Assembly: GCA_009773495.1 (NCBI GenBank)
Contig: WSXW01000006.1
Coordinates: forward strand, 9,202-73,201
Direction of reading: 5' to 3'
DNA from: Bacillota bacterium
Lineage (GTDB): Bacteria > Bacillota > UBA994
DNA length: 64,000 bases
Shown here: piece by piece, positions 49,690 to 58,152 of the stretch
Position numbering within the stretch: the stretch's first letter is position 1
Layout of the letters: each line of letters opens with the position of its first letter
The notes under the pieces: model-generated
Databases searched by the model: none
Seen by the model: the letters and a program-made list of their open reading frames with translations, nothing else
Told to the model about the DNA's origin: nothing
Program-made: the position numbers and the translations under genes

Positions 49690-50504
49690 GCTTTCGCCCC
49701 CCATTGCAGGAAGGCAGATACCCGCTCTGTTTTTAGCCCTTCTAGCAACAACTGCTCCAATGCTTTAATATCTATGTTACGAGTTAGCCGGCCGCCTTCA
49801 GCCAGAGAGATCTTGCCTGTCTCCTCTGAGGCTACCAGCGCCAATGCATCTGTCTCTTCTGTTACCCCTATCGCCGCTCGATGCCTAGTGCCCAGCTCCT
49901 TGTTGATGTCTGGGTTGACTGACAGAGGCAGATAACAACCTGCTGCAGTCAAACGACCATGCCTAATGATGACTGCGCCGTCGTGGAGCGGCGTATTAGG
50001 AATGAAAGTATTTGTTAACAGCTCTGCTGTTACTAATGCGTCCATAGCTATGCCTGTTTCGGTGTATTCGGTCAACCCTGTCTCTCTCTCCAGAATAATG
50101 AGGGCCCCAATGCGCTTTTTGCTGAGTATACCCACCGCTTGAACGATAGACGTCACCAATGGCTCTACCTCTAGTGGATCTGGGATGAAATTGATACGCT
50201 TGCCAAAAAAACGGGCCCGCCCAAGTTGTTCTAGTGCCCGCCGTAGTTCTGGCCAGAACAGTATAGGGATCGCAATCAAACCCGCTTGAATAGCCCTAGT
50301 TAGCAACCAATTCAGAGTCCACAATCCAAACCGGTCACTTAATACGGTAGTGATAAGTAGCACCACGAGGCCCTTAATAAGCTGCACCGCGCGAGTGTCA
50401 CGTATAAGGTTGATCAGTCGATAAAAGACGTAATACATTATTGCAATATCAATTAGGTCAATCAGCCTCACTTGGGCTAGAACTTGGCGAATCGTATTCC
50501 ACAT
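49686..50504 (-). CDS. cdaA: Diadenylate cyclase
   Basis: Three N-terminal TM helices then a DAC domain (PLHDGAVII, GTRHRAA). ATG 50504 has AAAGGAGG upstream. The longer ORF-track N-terminus overlaps the TPR gene. Confidence 0.92.
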   Translation of the reverse strand: MWNTIRQVLAQVRLIDLIDIAIMYYVFYRLINLIRDTRAVQLIKGLVVLLITTVLSDRFGLWTLNWLLTRAIQAGLIAIPILFWPELRRALEQLGRARFFGKRINFIPDPLEVEPLVTSIVQAVGILSKKRIGALIILERETGLTEYTETGIAMDALVTAELLTNTFIPNTPLHDGAVIIRHGRLTAAGCYLPLSVNPDINKELGTRHRAAIGVTEETDALALVASEETGKISLAEGGRLTRNIDIKALEQLLLEGLKTERVSAFLQWGAKA

Positions 50505-50574
50505 AGTCGTCACCTCCTTTGCCTGTGTCAAGCAAGAGGCATCCGGCTGCGGATGCCTCTTGCCATTCAATAGC

Positions 50575-52050
50575 TTATTGCCGTAGCTTCCGCAAAATAC
50601 CCTCAAAAAACCCTTCTTTACGTCGGTGGGCTTCCTGGGAGACAATCGGCACTCTAGCCTGCCCAGTCCTTGCGGCTCTAATAGTATCCACCACTTGAAC
50701 GGAGTCACTGCGAGCTTCAGCGCCCAGATGATCAACATCCGAGTCCAGAAGAGCGAATGTCAACAGGGCCCCCTGCCTATGAAAAGCGCCGGGGTCCTCA
50801 CGATACACCTTCGTCCAAGTATGGAGAGCCAAGGTAGTATGGCCCAAGCGAAAATCTGCCAACCCTCGTAGCACTTCAAAATCAGCATCATTGGCGTTGC
50901 CCTGCTCTATAGGATTATCACGCCTGGAATCAAGTGATACCACGGTATCCGGGACTTGAGGGCTAACCTTGCCACCTACACAAAGATTCTTAGCTTCTTG
51001 ATAGCGCTCTAACTTCATAAGCAGCCATACCATGTTCATGCGAGCATAATCACTAGTAGGCTCAACCTTCAACAAGCGTTCCCACTCACTGTAGGCGGCA
51101 TCTGGTTTGTGCTGCGAAGCCCAGTAGTTAGCACGCGCAAGATAAGCCGGCAGGTATCGAGGGTCAACTTCGAGTGCCTTGTTCCACTGGACCATGGCCT
51201 CATCGCCCTTATTATTCTTGGCACTCGATAACCCCATGTTATAGTAAGGATGTGGGCTACTAGGTTCTGCAGCCACTGCCTTCCTCCAAATACGAGCGGC
51301 ATCCTCTGCGCGGCCTGCTCGGTCATAAGCCTCGCCGAGGTTCAACATTGTAGTTAAGTCGGCTGGAGCCAATTGATGCGCCCTCTCAAAGTTCTTTAGG
51401 GCCTCGTCCATCCTGTCCATACGCATCAATGCCAAACCCATATTAAACCGAACCGTCCCATCTTCACGACCGATCTCCATTACCCTGTTACCGTAGGCGA
51501 CACATTCTTCAAAGTCGCCGCGGTCAAGACTAACAGCACAAAGGTTAAGCAGCGGTTTAGGGTCCTTGGGCTGTCTTTGAGCAGCCTCTTCCCATTCACT
51601 TTTAGCGTTATCTAGTTCCCCTTTTAGCACATAGACTTCAGCCAACACATTGTTAACCAGGGCGTTATCAGGTTGAAGACTCTTTGCCTTGCGTAGATTT
51701 AGTAAAGCAGCATCTATCATGCCGCGAAGTGCGTAGACCTTACCAAGAAAGTAGTAGGCATTCGCATTGCGTTTGTCTAACTCTAAGACGCGTTTCCAAG
51801 ACTCAACTGCTTCGTCCAGAAGGCCTTTCTCAGCGTAAGCAATGCCAAGTAAATAATGACTTAAGGCGTGGCGAGGCGCCAATTCTATTGAGTTCTTAAA
51901 GTGACTTATGGCGTTTTCATATTCCCTCTTCTCCATTAGAGCCACCGCTAGATCATGATGAGCCGTAGCGTTCTTGGGGTTCTTTGCGAGGACGTCTTCA
52001 CAGACGCGGATTATCTTGTCTAACTGCTCTTGTGATATCTTTCCGTTCAC
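50575..52050 (-). CDS. Tetratricopeptide-repeat protein
   Basis: About 490 aa of consecutive TPR units (recurring A..Y/F...G......A......A....P pattern). GTG 52050 has GGGGGAGG 8 nt upstream. Confidence 0.8.
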   Translation of the reverse strand: MNGKISQEQLDKIIRVCEDVLAKNPKNATAHHDLAVALMEKREYENAISHFKNSIELAPRHALSHYLLGIAYAEKGLLDEAVESWKRVLELDKRNANAYYFLGKVYALRGMIDAALLNLRKAKSLQPDNALVNNVLAEVYVLKGELDNAKSEWEEAAQRQPKDPKPLLNLCAVSLDRGDFEECVAYGNRVMEIGREDGTVRFNMGLALMRMDRMDEALKNFERAHQLAPADLTTMLNLGEAYDRAGRAEDAARIWRKAVAAEPSSPHPYYNMGLSSAKNNKGDEAMVQWNKALEVDPRYLPAYLARANYWASQHKPDAAYSEWERLLKVEPTSDYARMNMVWLLMKLERYQEAKNLCVGGKVSPQVPDTVVSLDSRRDNPIEQGNANDADFEVLRGLADFRLGHTTLALHTWTKVYREDPGAFHRQGALLTFALLDSDVDHLGAEARSDSVQVVDTIRAARTGQARVPIVSQEAHRRKEGFFEGILRKLRQ

Positions 52051-52151
52051 GATGCTTACCTCCCCCAAAATATACACGAATGCTACAGGTAGTATTTAGC
52101 TACACACATTTTAATATCCTGCACAGAAGTGAAAAAAGAGGCACAAGCCCC

Positions 52152-52814
52152 TTACTTCCACGCTCCTCTGACATAGGACTTCGCATCTTGGCGTATCTGA
52201 TCAATCCCAAATTTCAGGCGTTCTAACCAAGACGACTTGACAACATCTACACTACCTGCTACTGTTCCACTGCTCTCTAAGGTATAGCCGCTACTGACCA
52301 AGTGAACATTCCCATCCACGGTACCTAGAATCTTAAGATGACCGTGATAAACCCGTATATCACCGGAGATAATAGCTCCCTCGGGTACAATTATCGTACT
52401 ATCGATTATAGTAAACTGCGCATTGAGGTCACTTGACTCAACAATTGGCCGTGGTGATTCCACTAAAATATACAGAGGCGAACCTAGCAACAGCACTAAG
52501 GCTGCCACAGCGCCAACCACCCGTATGCGGGGACTTAGATATGAATAGCGCGGCATTGCTTTTGCATAATTCTTGGGCAGCTTTTTAAGCAGGGCTTCCG
52601 TAAACCCATGCGGGGCTCTCACTTGGGGACAGTCTTGCAGGGCCTCTTCAAGCCTAGATAATTCATCCCTGTATCGTCGACAGCATAAACACACATTCAA
52701 ATGGTGCTCCAGCTCTAGAAGCGGCACTTTCGGCAAGCCTGATTCGAGATGCACTTCAATTAAGACACGATACTTACGACAATCCAATTTTTGTCCCCCC
52801 TTGGGATGCTTCAA
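52152..52814 (-). CDS. rsiW: Zinc-binding anti-sigma factor (ZAS) with TM helix and a bactofilin-like extracytoplasmic repeat
   Basis: HLNVCLCC (HxxxCxxC), TM helix VVGAVAALVLLLGSPLYILV, and C-terminal repeats GDIRVYHGHLKILGTVDGNVHLVSS. The likely TTG start is at 52787. The symbol is assigned by synteny only. Confidence 0.65.
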   Translation of the reverse strand: MKHPKGGQKLDCRKYRVLIEVHLESGLPKVPLLELEHHLNVCLCCRRYRDELSRLEEALQDCPQVRAPHGFTEALLKKLPKNYAKAMPRYSYLSPRIRVVGAVAALVLLLGSPLYILVESPRPIVESSDLNAQFTIIDSTIIVPEGAIISGDIRVYHGHLKILGTVDGNVHLVSSGYTLESSGTVAGSVDVVKSSWLERLKFGIDQIRQDAKSYVRGAWK

Positions 52815-53376
52815 AATAGCCTTGTTTGATTAAGTTTTTCCTCAGCGCTTCTCGTGCGCGATATAATCGAGTTTTTACTGTAGTGAGAGGTAAATCTAGA
52901 GTACGGGCGATATCCTCATAGGGAAGCTCTTGCACAAAGCGTAACAGCATCACGGCCTTATACATGGGAGATAGCTGGTTTAGTGCCTCGGCTACCGACC
53001 CCCGAAAATCTTCAAACTCTACGACCGCCTCGGGTCCGGGCTCAGAACTCTCGACCTGCCAAGACATGACTCCATCGTCCCCAGTCGGTTCATCAAGATA
53101 CAGCAAGTTTCGACGTTTGCGTAGATGGTCAACCGCTAAGTTCTGCGCGATACGATAGATCCATGGGGAAAAACGCATGGTTTCATCAAAAGCGTGAAGA
53201 TTGTTGTAGACCCGCAGGAATACCTCTTGCGCCAGGTCGTAGGCGTCTTCACGGTTTCCAGTCATGCGATAAAGGAAGCTATATATTTTATCCTTGTAGG
53301 TTTCCACGAGCTCGGCAAAGGCATGCGTATCGCCCTGCTTAGCCCGCTTGATCAAAGCCCTAGCTGTAAATTCCAC
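52774..53376 (-). CDS. sigW: ECF-type RNA polymerase sigma factor
   Basis: Region 2 (DAYDLAQEVFLRVY, SPWIYRIAQN) and region 4 (LPYEDIARTLDLPLTTVKTRLYRAR). The symbol is inferred from the sigW-rsiW-cdaA-cdaR-glmM-glmS order known in B. subtilis. Confidence 0.75.
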   Translation of the reverse strand: MEFTARALIKRAKQGDTHAFAELVETYKDKIYSFLYRMTGNREDAYDLAQEVFLRVYNNLHAFDETMRFSPWIYRIAQNLAVDHLRKRRNLLYLDEPTGDDGVMSWQVESSEPGPEAVVEFEDFRGSVAEALNQLSPMYKAVMLLRFVQELPYEDIARTLDLPLTTVKTRLYRAREALRKNLIKQGYFEASQGGTKIGLS

Positions 53377-53450
53377 GGCACCTTGACCCTCTCTTCTCTG
53401 TCCATTTATAATACGTGTCTATATTCCCTAAGTTTCAAGAAAATCCTGCA

Positions 53451-53488
53451 TTAAATAACTGGGAGCGGTTTCGCTCCCAGTTATTTAA
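53451..53488. terminator. 17-bp perfect inverted repeat between the COG2403-type gene and the sigma factor gene
   Basis: ttaaataactgggagcg-gttt-cgctcccagttatttaa. Confidence 0.65.
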
Positions 53489-53529
53489 TGCGCATAGCAC
53501 ATGGCGCATGGATGATTCCTGGCAATCGG

Positions 53530-54843
53530 CTATTTCAGCCTTTTCAATACATCAGTCAGCGTGGGCATCCCGATTTCTTGAAGCTCGTAACGCACACGAG
53601 TAGTCGGCTTAGTAATCTTAAGCACCCTGCGCAGGTCAATAGGGGTAGCAATAAGGACTGTGTCACAAGGAATACTGTCAATGGTCTGTTCTAGCTCACT
53701 AATTTGCTTGTCACCGTAGCCCATTGCGGGGAGCAACGCCCCCATGTGGTTGTATTTCTCGTATGTCGCCTTAATCGTTCCCACAGCATATGGGCGGGCA
53801 TCCACTAGCTCAGCAGCACCAAACTTCTTAGCTGCGACGACTCCTGCACCGTAGGCCATTTCCCCATGGGTAAGTGTTGGGCCATCTTCAATTATAAGCA
53901 CGCGTTTGCCACGTATTAGGTCCATATCTTCCACGAAGATAGGTGAAGCACCGTCGATGACAATTGCCTCCGGATTAACCTTAACAATGCTCTCCCGCAC
54001 AATTGAGATACCCTCCGAGTTGGCTGTATCAATTTTGTTGATGACAATTACATCGGCCATACGCAAATTAGCTTCCCCCGGGTGGTAGAGTATTTCATGG
54101 CCAGGACGATGTGGATCAACCAATGTGATATGAACGTCTGGTGCGTAGAACGGTGTGTCATTGTTGCCGCCATCCCACACGATTACATCCGCTTCTTTTT
54201 CTGCTTCACGCAAAATCCGTTCGTAATCTACCCCTGCATATACGATTACACCGCGATCGATATGGGGCTCGTATTCCTCGCGCTCCTCAATCGTACATTT
54301 GTGGTAGTCAAGATCAGCGTAGGTCGCGAATCGCTGGCAAGCTTGCGCGGCTAAATCACCATAGGGCATTGGATGACGGATAGCTACGACGCTCTTACCC
54401 ATGTTCTTAAGGATATCGCAGACCCTGCGAGTAGTTTGGCTCTTGCCAACACCGGTCCGCACTGCACATACGGCAACGACAGGCTTCGTTGATTTCACCA
54501 TGGTCTGAGCCGCTCCCAGCATACTAAATGTCGCTCCACAAGCAATAACTTCTGAAGCTTTGTGCATCACATAGGTATGCTTAACATCGCTGTAAGAGAA
54601 TATCACTTCATCAACCTTGAGGTCCTTAATCAGCCTTGGCAGTTCATCTTCGGCGTGAATAGGTATACCGGCTGGGTAGAGCTTGCCAGCAAGCTCAGTT
54701 GGGTAAACACGCCCTTCGATATCTGGAATCTGAGTGGCTGTAAAGGCAACTACCTCTACAGATTCGTTCTCACGATAGAGAACGTTAAAGTTGTGGAAGT
54801 CGCGACCAGCTGCTCCCATGATCAAGATTCTGCGTTTCTGCAT
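53530..54843 (-). CDS. P-loop NTPase of the 'predicted GTPase' / cyclic 2,3-diphosphoglycerate-synthetase-like family
   Basis: 437 aa with MQKRRILIMGAAGRDFHNFN N-terminus and Walker A AVRTGVGKSQTT. ATG 54843 has GAGGAGGAAG upstream. It is the last gene of the citrulline/ornithine cluster. Confidence 0.65.
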   Translation of the reverse strand: MQKRRILIMGAAGRDFHNFNVLYRENESVEVVAFTATQIPDIEGRVYPTELAGKLYPAGIPIHAEDELPRLIKDLKVDEVIFSYSDVKHTYVMHKASEVIACGATFSMLGAAQTMVKSTKPVVAVCAVRTGVGKSQTTRRVCDILKNMGKSVVAIRHPMPYGDLAAQACQRFATYADLDYHKCTIEEREEYEPHIDRGVIVYAGVDYERILREAEKEADVIVWDGGNNDTPFYAPDVHITLVDPHRPGHEILYHPGEANLRMADVIVINKIDTANSEGISIVRESIVKVNPEAIVIDGASPIFVEDMDLIRGKRVLIIEDGPTLTHGEMAYGAGVVAAKKFGAAELVDARPYAVGTIKATYEKYNHMGALLPAMGYGDKQISELEQTIDSIPCDTVLIATPIDLRRVLKITKPTTRVRYELQEIGMPTLTDVLKRLK

Positions 54844-54882
54844 TATTTTTCTTCCTCCTCTGGTTTTCTCTTTAACACGTAT

Positions 54883-54957
54883 GACGCACCTCGTACTTGG
54901 TACTTCGTACTTCGTAATCCACGAGGTGCGTCCCCATACTTCGCTCTTCGCACTTCG
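54883..54957. repeat. 12-bp stem enclosing a heptamer array, followed by a second heptamer array
   Basis: Stem gacgcacctcgt / acgaggtgcgtc. The enclosed array is tcgtact tggtact tcgtact tcgtaat (54891-54918). The second array is tacttcg ctcttcg cacttcg (54937-54957). Confidence 0.85.
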
Positions 54958-54966
54958 AGCCACACC

Positions 54967-55953
54967 CTACAGCGTTGCCACCATAACTGCTTTAATCGTA
55001 TGCATTCTGTTTTCGGCTTCGTCAAAAACCACCGAGTGTTTGCTCCTGAACACCGCGTCGGAAACTTCCCTGATATCGATGCCGCGCTCTTTAGCTTCTC
55101 TGGCTACGCCTGTCTCAAAATCATGGTAGGCAGGCAGACAGTGCATGAAGATTATATCCTCGTTTCCAGTAGCCTGGAGCATATCCATGTCCACCCGGAA
55201 TGAAGATAGCAGTCCTACCCTCTTTTCCATCTGATCCTCTTCTCCCATGGATACCCAGACATCTGTGTAGATGACGTCTGCTCCCTTTACGCTTGCCAAC
55301 TGGTCTGAGACTTCAATAATAGCTCCGGATGCTGCGGCAACTTTGCGAATCTCAGTCAGGCTGTTCTCAGCGGGCCACAAATCCTTTGGACCATAGGCTA
55401 CGTAGTGCATACCCATTTTAGCGGCTCCGTACATCCAGGCATAGGACATATTGTTTCTTGTGTCTCCAACGTACACTACCTTGACCTTGTTCAGGGGCTT
55501 GGCCACGTGCTCTTCGATAGTCAGCAGGTCAGCCAGAATCTGAGTCGGATGGTCCACGTCGGTCAGGCCGTTCCAGACAGGAACGCCGGAATACCGCGCT
55601 AGTTCTTCCACCACTTTCTGCTCGTATCCGCGGTACTCAATGCCGTCGTAGTAGCGGCCCAATACCTTGGCTGTGTCCTCCAGAGATTCTTTCTTGCCCA
55701 TCTGAGAGCTCTTGGAATCCAGGAAAGTAACGTGACCGCCTTCGTCAAGAGCTGCTACTTCAAACGCGCATCTTGTCCTGGTCGAGGTCTTCTCGAAAAG
55801 CAGAACTATGTTCTTTCCGAGCAAGAGGCTGTCTCTGATTCCGGCCCGCTTCTTTGACTTCAGATCCTTGGACAGGTCCAGGAGATACCTGATTTCCTCT
55901 TTGGAAAAATCCATCAGTGTTAACAGACTTCTTCCCTTAAGATTTACTGGCAT
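54967..55953 (-). CDS. arcB: Ornithine carbamoyltransferase (catabolic context)
   Basis: 328 aa with STRTR, HPTQ and HCLP motifs. It lies next to carbamate kinase. Confidence 0.9.
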   Translation of the reverse strand: MPVNLKGRSLLTLMDFSKEEIRYLLDLSKDLKSKKRAGIRDSLLLGKNIVLLFEKTSTRTRCAFEVAALDEGGHVTFLDSKSSQMGKKESLEDTAKVLGRYYDGIEYRGYEQKVVEELARYSGVPVWNGLTDVDHPTQILADLLTIEEHVAKPLNKVKVVYVGDTRNNMSYAWMYGAAKMGMHYVAYGPKDLWPAENSLTEIRKVAAASGAIIEVSDQLASVKGADVIYTDVWVSMGEEDQMEKRVGLLSSFRVDMDMLQATGNEDIIFMHCLPAYHDFETGVAREAKERGIDIREVSDAVFRSKHSVVFDEAENRMHTIKAVMVATL

Positions 55954-55969
55954 AATAAAAACCTCCCTT

Positions 55970-56911
55970 TTATGACTTAATTATGGTTCCGGCCTGGCCC
56001 CGTAGGGCTTCTCCGGCCATCTCTAGTGAAGTAATGATGGACCGCTTACCCCCATCCTCTATGAACCGGATGGCCGCGAGGATCTTCGGTCCCATACTAC
56101 CGGCCTTAAAATGGCCTTCGGAATAGTATAGCTGTGCTTCTTTGAGGGAGATGGCACCGAGGTTTATTTGCTCTGGGGCATTGAAATGCAGGGCTGCCTG
56201 TGCGACGTCTGTTAAGATCATCAAGGTATCCGCTTGAACATCAATCGCCAAGCGCTGTCCTGCTAAATCCTTGTCGATTACAGCCTCTACCCCCCTAAAT
56301 TCCCCTTCGCATTGTACTACGGGTATCCCGCCGCCCCCAGCAGCTATAACAATAGCTCCGGAGTCCAGCAAGCTCTTGATTGCTGTCCGCTCCACGATGC
56401 TGATAGGGTCTGGAGAGGGCACAACCCTGCGCCAACCCCCGCGGGCCTTGTCTTCTTTCATCACCCAACCCTTTTCCCGAGTGAATGCCTCTGCTTCTTC
56501 AGTTTTATAGAACGAGCCTATCGGCTTAGTTGGATTCTGAAAAGCGCTATCGCTAGCATCGACCAGGACTTGTGTCACTAGGCTCACGACCAGCTTCATT
56601 ATACCTTTTGTGAGCAGAATGTTCGTCAAAGACTGTTGAATCATGTACCCAATCTGACCTTGTGTAGCAGCGCCACAGACATCTAAAGGCATGGCTGGCA
56701 CTTGGTCCTTGGAAATTTCGTTCTGCAAGAGCACAGCACCTACTTGTGGACCATTGCCGTGTGTAACAATAACCTGATGCCCGTCACTTACTAGCTCTGC
56801 TACAGCAAGGCAAGCTGTGTGCACATTAGCCTGCTGCTCCTCTGCGGTACCTTTTTGCTTTGCGCGCAAAATGGCGTTGCCACCAAACGCTATAACAATT
56901 CTCTCTGTCAT
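55970..56911 (-). CDS. arcC: Carbamate kinase
   Basis: [16 protein letters not shown]-terminus with an amino-acid-kinase fold. ATG 56911 has GAGGAGG upstream. Confidence 0.9.
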   Translation of the reverse strand: MTERIVIAFGGNAILRAKQKGTAEEQQANVHTACLAVAELVSDGHQVIVTHGNGPQVGAVLLQNEISKDQVPAMPLDVCGAATQGQIGYMIQQSLTNILLTKGIMKLVVSLVTQVLVDASDSAFQNPTKPIGSFYKTEEAEAFTREKGWVMKEDKARGGWRRVVPSPDPISIVERTAIKSLLDSGAIVIAAGGGGIPVVQCEGEFRGVEAVIDKDLAGQRLAIDVQADTLMILTDVAQAALHFNAPEQINLGAISLKEAQLYYSEGHFKAGSMGPKILAAIRFIEDGGKRSIITSLEMAGEALRGQAGTIIKS

Positions 56912-57095
56912 ATAATTCCTCCTCAACCCGAAATCATAGTTTGACAGGAATCGCGCTATGTCGGAAATCCCCTCTTCCTGTCACTTTGCCCCGAAAATCG
57001 CATAGTGTTTACTTCGACCTGCTTTTCCCGGGAAATACGCTAAACCGACATCTGGATGGAAACAGTCGAAACATGGCACACAGTCGCTGAGGCAA

Positions 57096-58151
57096 TTAAA
57101 TAAATTCTTTTTTAACGTACCGCGACGTCGAGGCGGCCAGCAGGGCACCATACCCTAATGAAAATGAGAGGGTGTCACCCGTGCGCACCGCGGGGCTGTC
57201 CGTAACATCGACTATAAGGTGGTCACTGCTAGCTCCCAAGATAAGAGCCCCTGTGAGGTGCGGGTCTAGTCCCTCGGGAACTGTATCCTGCCTTCCCAAG
57301 GCTAGGATGGCCCTTTTGCGTACGCCCCTGTCTGCAAATTGGGGGGAGTTGCCGAAAGCATCCTGCCCAATAGTACCAACTGGGACCGAAGGTTTTTCAC
57401 GCAACTCAATAATCTCAGCGGTTAGTATGCAAGCGTCCAAGTAGGCGCCCGCTACTGGCTCACGACGCATGGTTTCGCGCCCTAGGATAATGCCCTCGCC
57501 TATCCGCAAATTGGTAATGCCTACAGGAAAATTATTTTCAAATAAGAGGGACAAGGTACTGGAATTACCGCCTGATACGAGGAGATCATGCCCGAGAATA
57601 GCTTGCGACTGTTCCTTCAGACTAATGAGCTGACCTAGATTCTTCTCGTCTGGAAAAACTCCCCCGTAGCAAGTAAGGTTCGTGCCAATTCCATAGACCT
57701 CAATTCCCGGAAGACTTTGCACACTCTTGAGGAACGCTAGAAACTCGCTAGGCCATATGCCTTCGCGCAAGTCACCTAAGTCAACCATCAGGATTACCCG
57801 GTGCCGCACACCAAGCTTGATCGCGGCTTTAGAGAGCGCCTGGCAAGTATCTAAGTCGGAATTAAGACTGATATCCGCCAGAACAACCACCTGTTCAGCC
57901 TCCGAAATTGCCGGCAACCGAAGCAAGACATATGGCCCCGGGATATTGGCTTCACGCATGGCAGCGATGTTCATTAGCCGCGAATCAGCAATAGCCTCCA
58001 CACCGGAGTTCTTAAGCGTTTGAGCCACCTGCCAGGCACCGCTGAGGACTTTGGTTACGCCATAGATGCTAAGGCCTAACGCTCGAGCATGGCGTGAAAC
58101 TAGAGCAGAGTTGTGGCCAATCTTTTTAAGATCAATCGTTAGTACTGCCAT
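57096..58151 (-). CDS. orr: Ornithine racemase (alanine-racemase-fold PLP enzyme)
   Basis: 351 aa with the PLP-lysine context YGVTKVLSG. Its position after the aminomutase genes matches the clostridial ornithine cluster. Confidence 0.7.
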   Translation of the reverse strand: MAVLTIDLKKIGHNSALVSRHARALGLSIYGVTKVLSGAWQVAQTLKNSGVEAIADSRLMNIAAMREANIPGPYVLLRLPAISEAEQVVVLADISLNSDLDTCQALSKAAIKLGVRHRVILMVDLGDLREGIWPSEFLAFLKSVQSLPGIEVYGIGTNLTCYGGVFPDEKNLGQLISLKEQSQAILGHDLLVSGGNSSTLSLLFENNFPVGITNLRIGEGIILGRETMRREPVAGAYLDACILTAEIIELREKPSVPVGTIGQDAFGNSPQFADRGVRKRAILALGRQDTVPEGLDPHLTGALILGASSDHLIVDVTDSPAVRTGDTLSFSLGYGALLAASTSRYVKKEFI

Positions 58152-58152
58152 G

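Noticed and set aside
50505-50738. Extended N-terminus of cdaA in the ORF track (also the similar extensions of purF to 12075, purM to 10586, the GlmL-like gene to 59688 and the P-loop gene to 54963)
   Set aside because: The extensions overlap the 3' ends of upstream genes and encode Arg/Cys/Trp-rich non-conserved sequence. Internal starts with good SD sequences coincide with the conserved N-termini.
57074-57090. Sigma-54-like TGGCAC-N5-CGCT element
   Set aside because: It lies on the plus strand facing the 3' end of orr, while all nearby genes are on the minus strand. The -12 element is imperfect.
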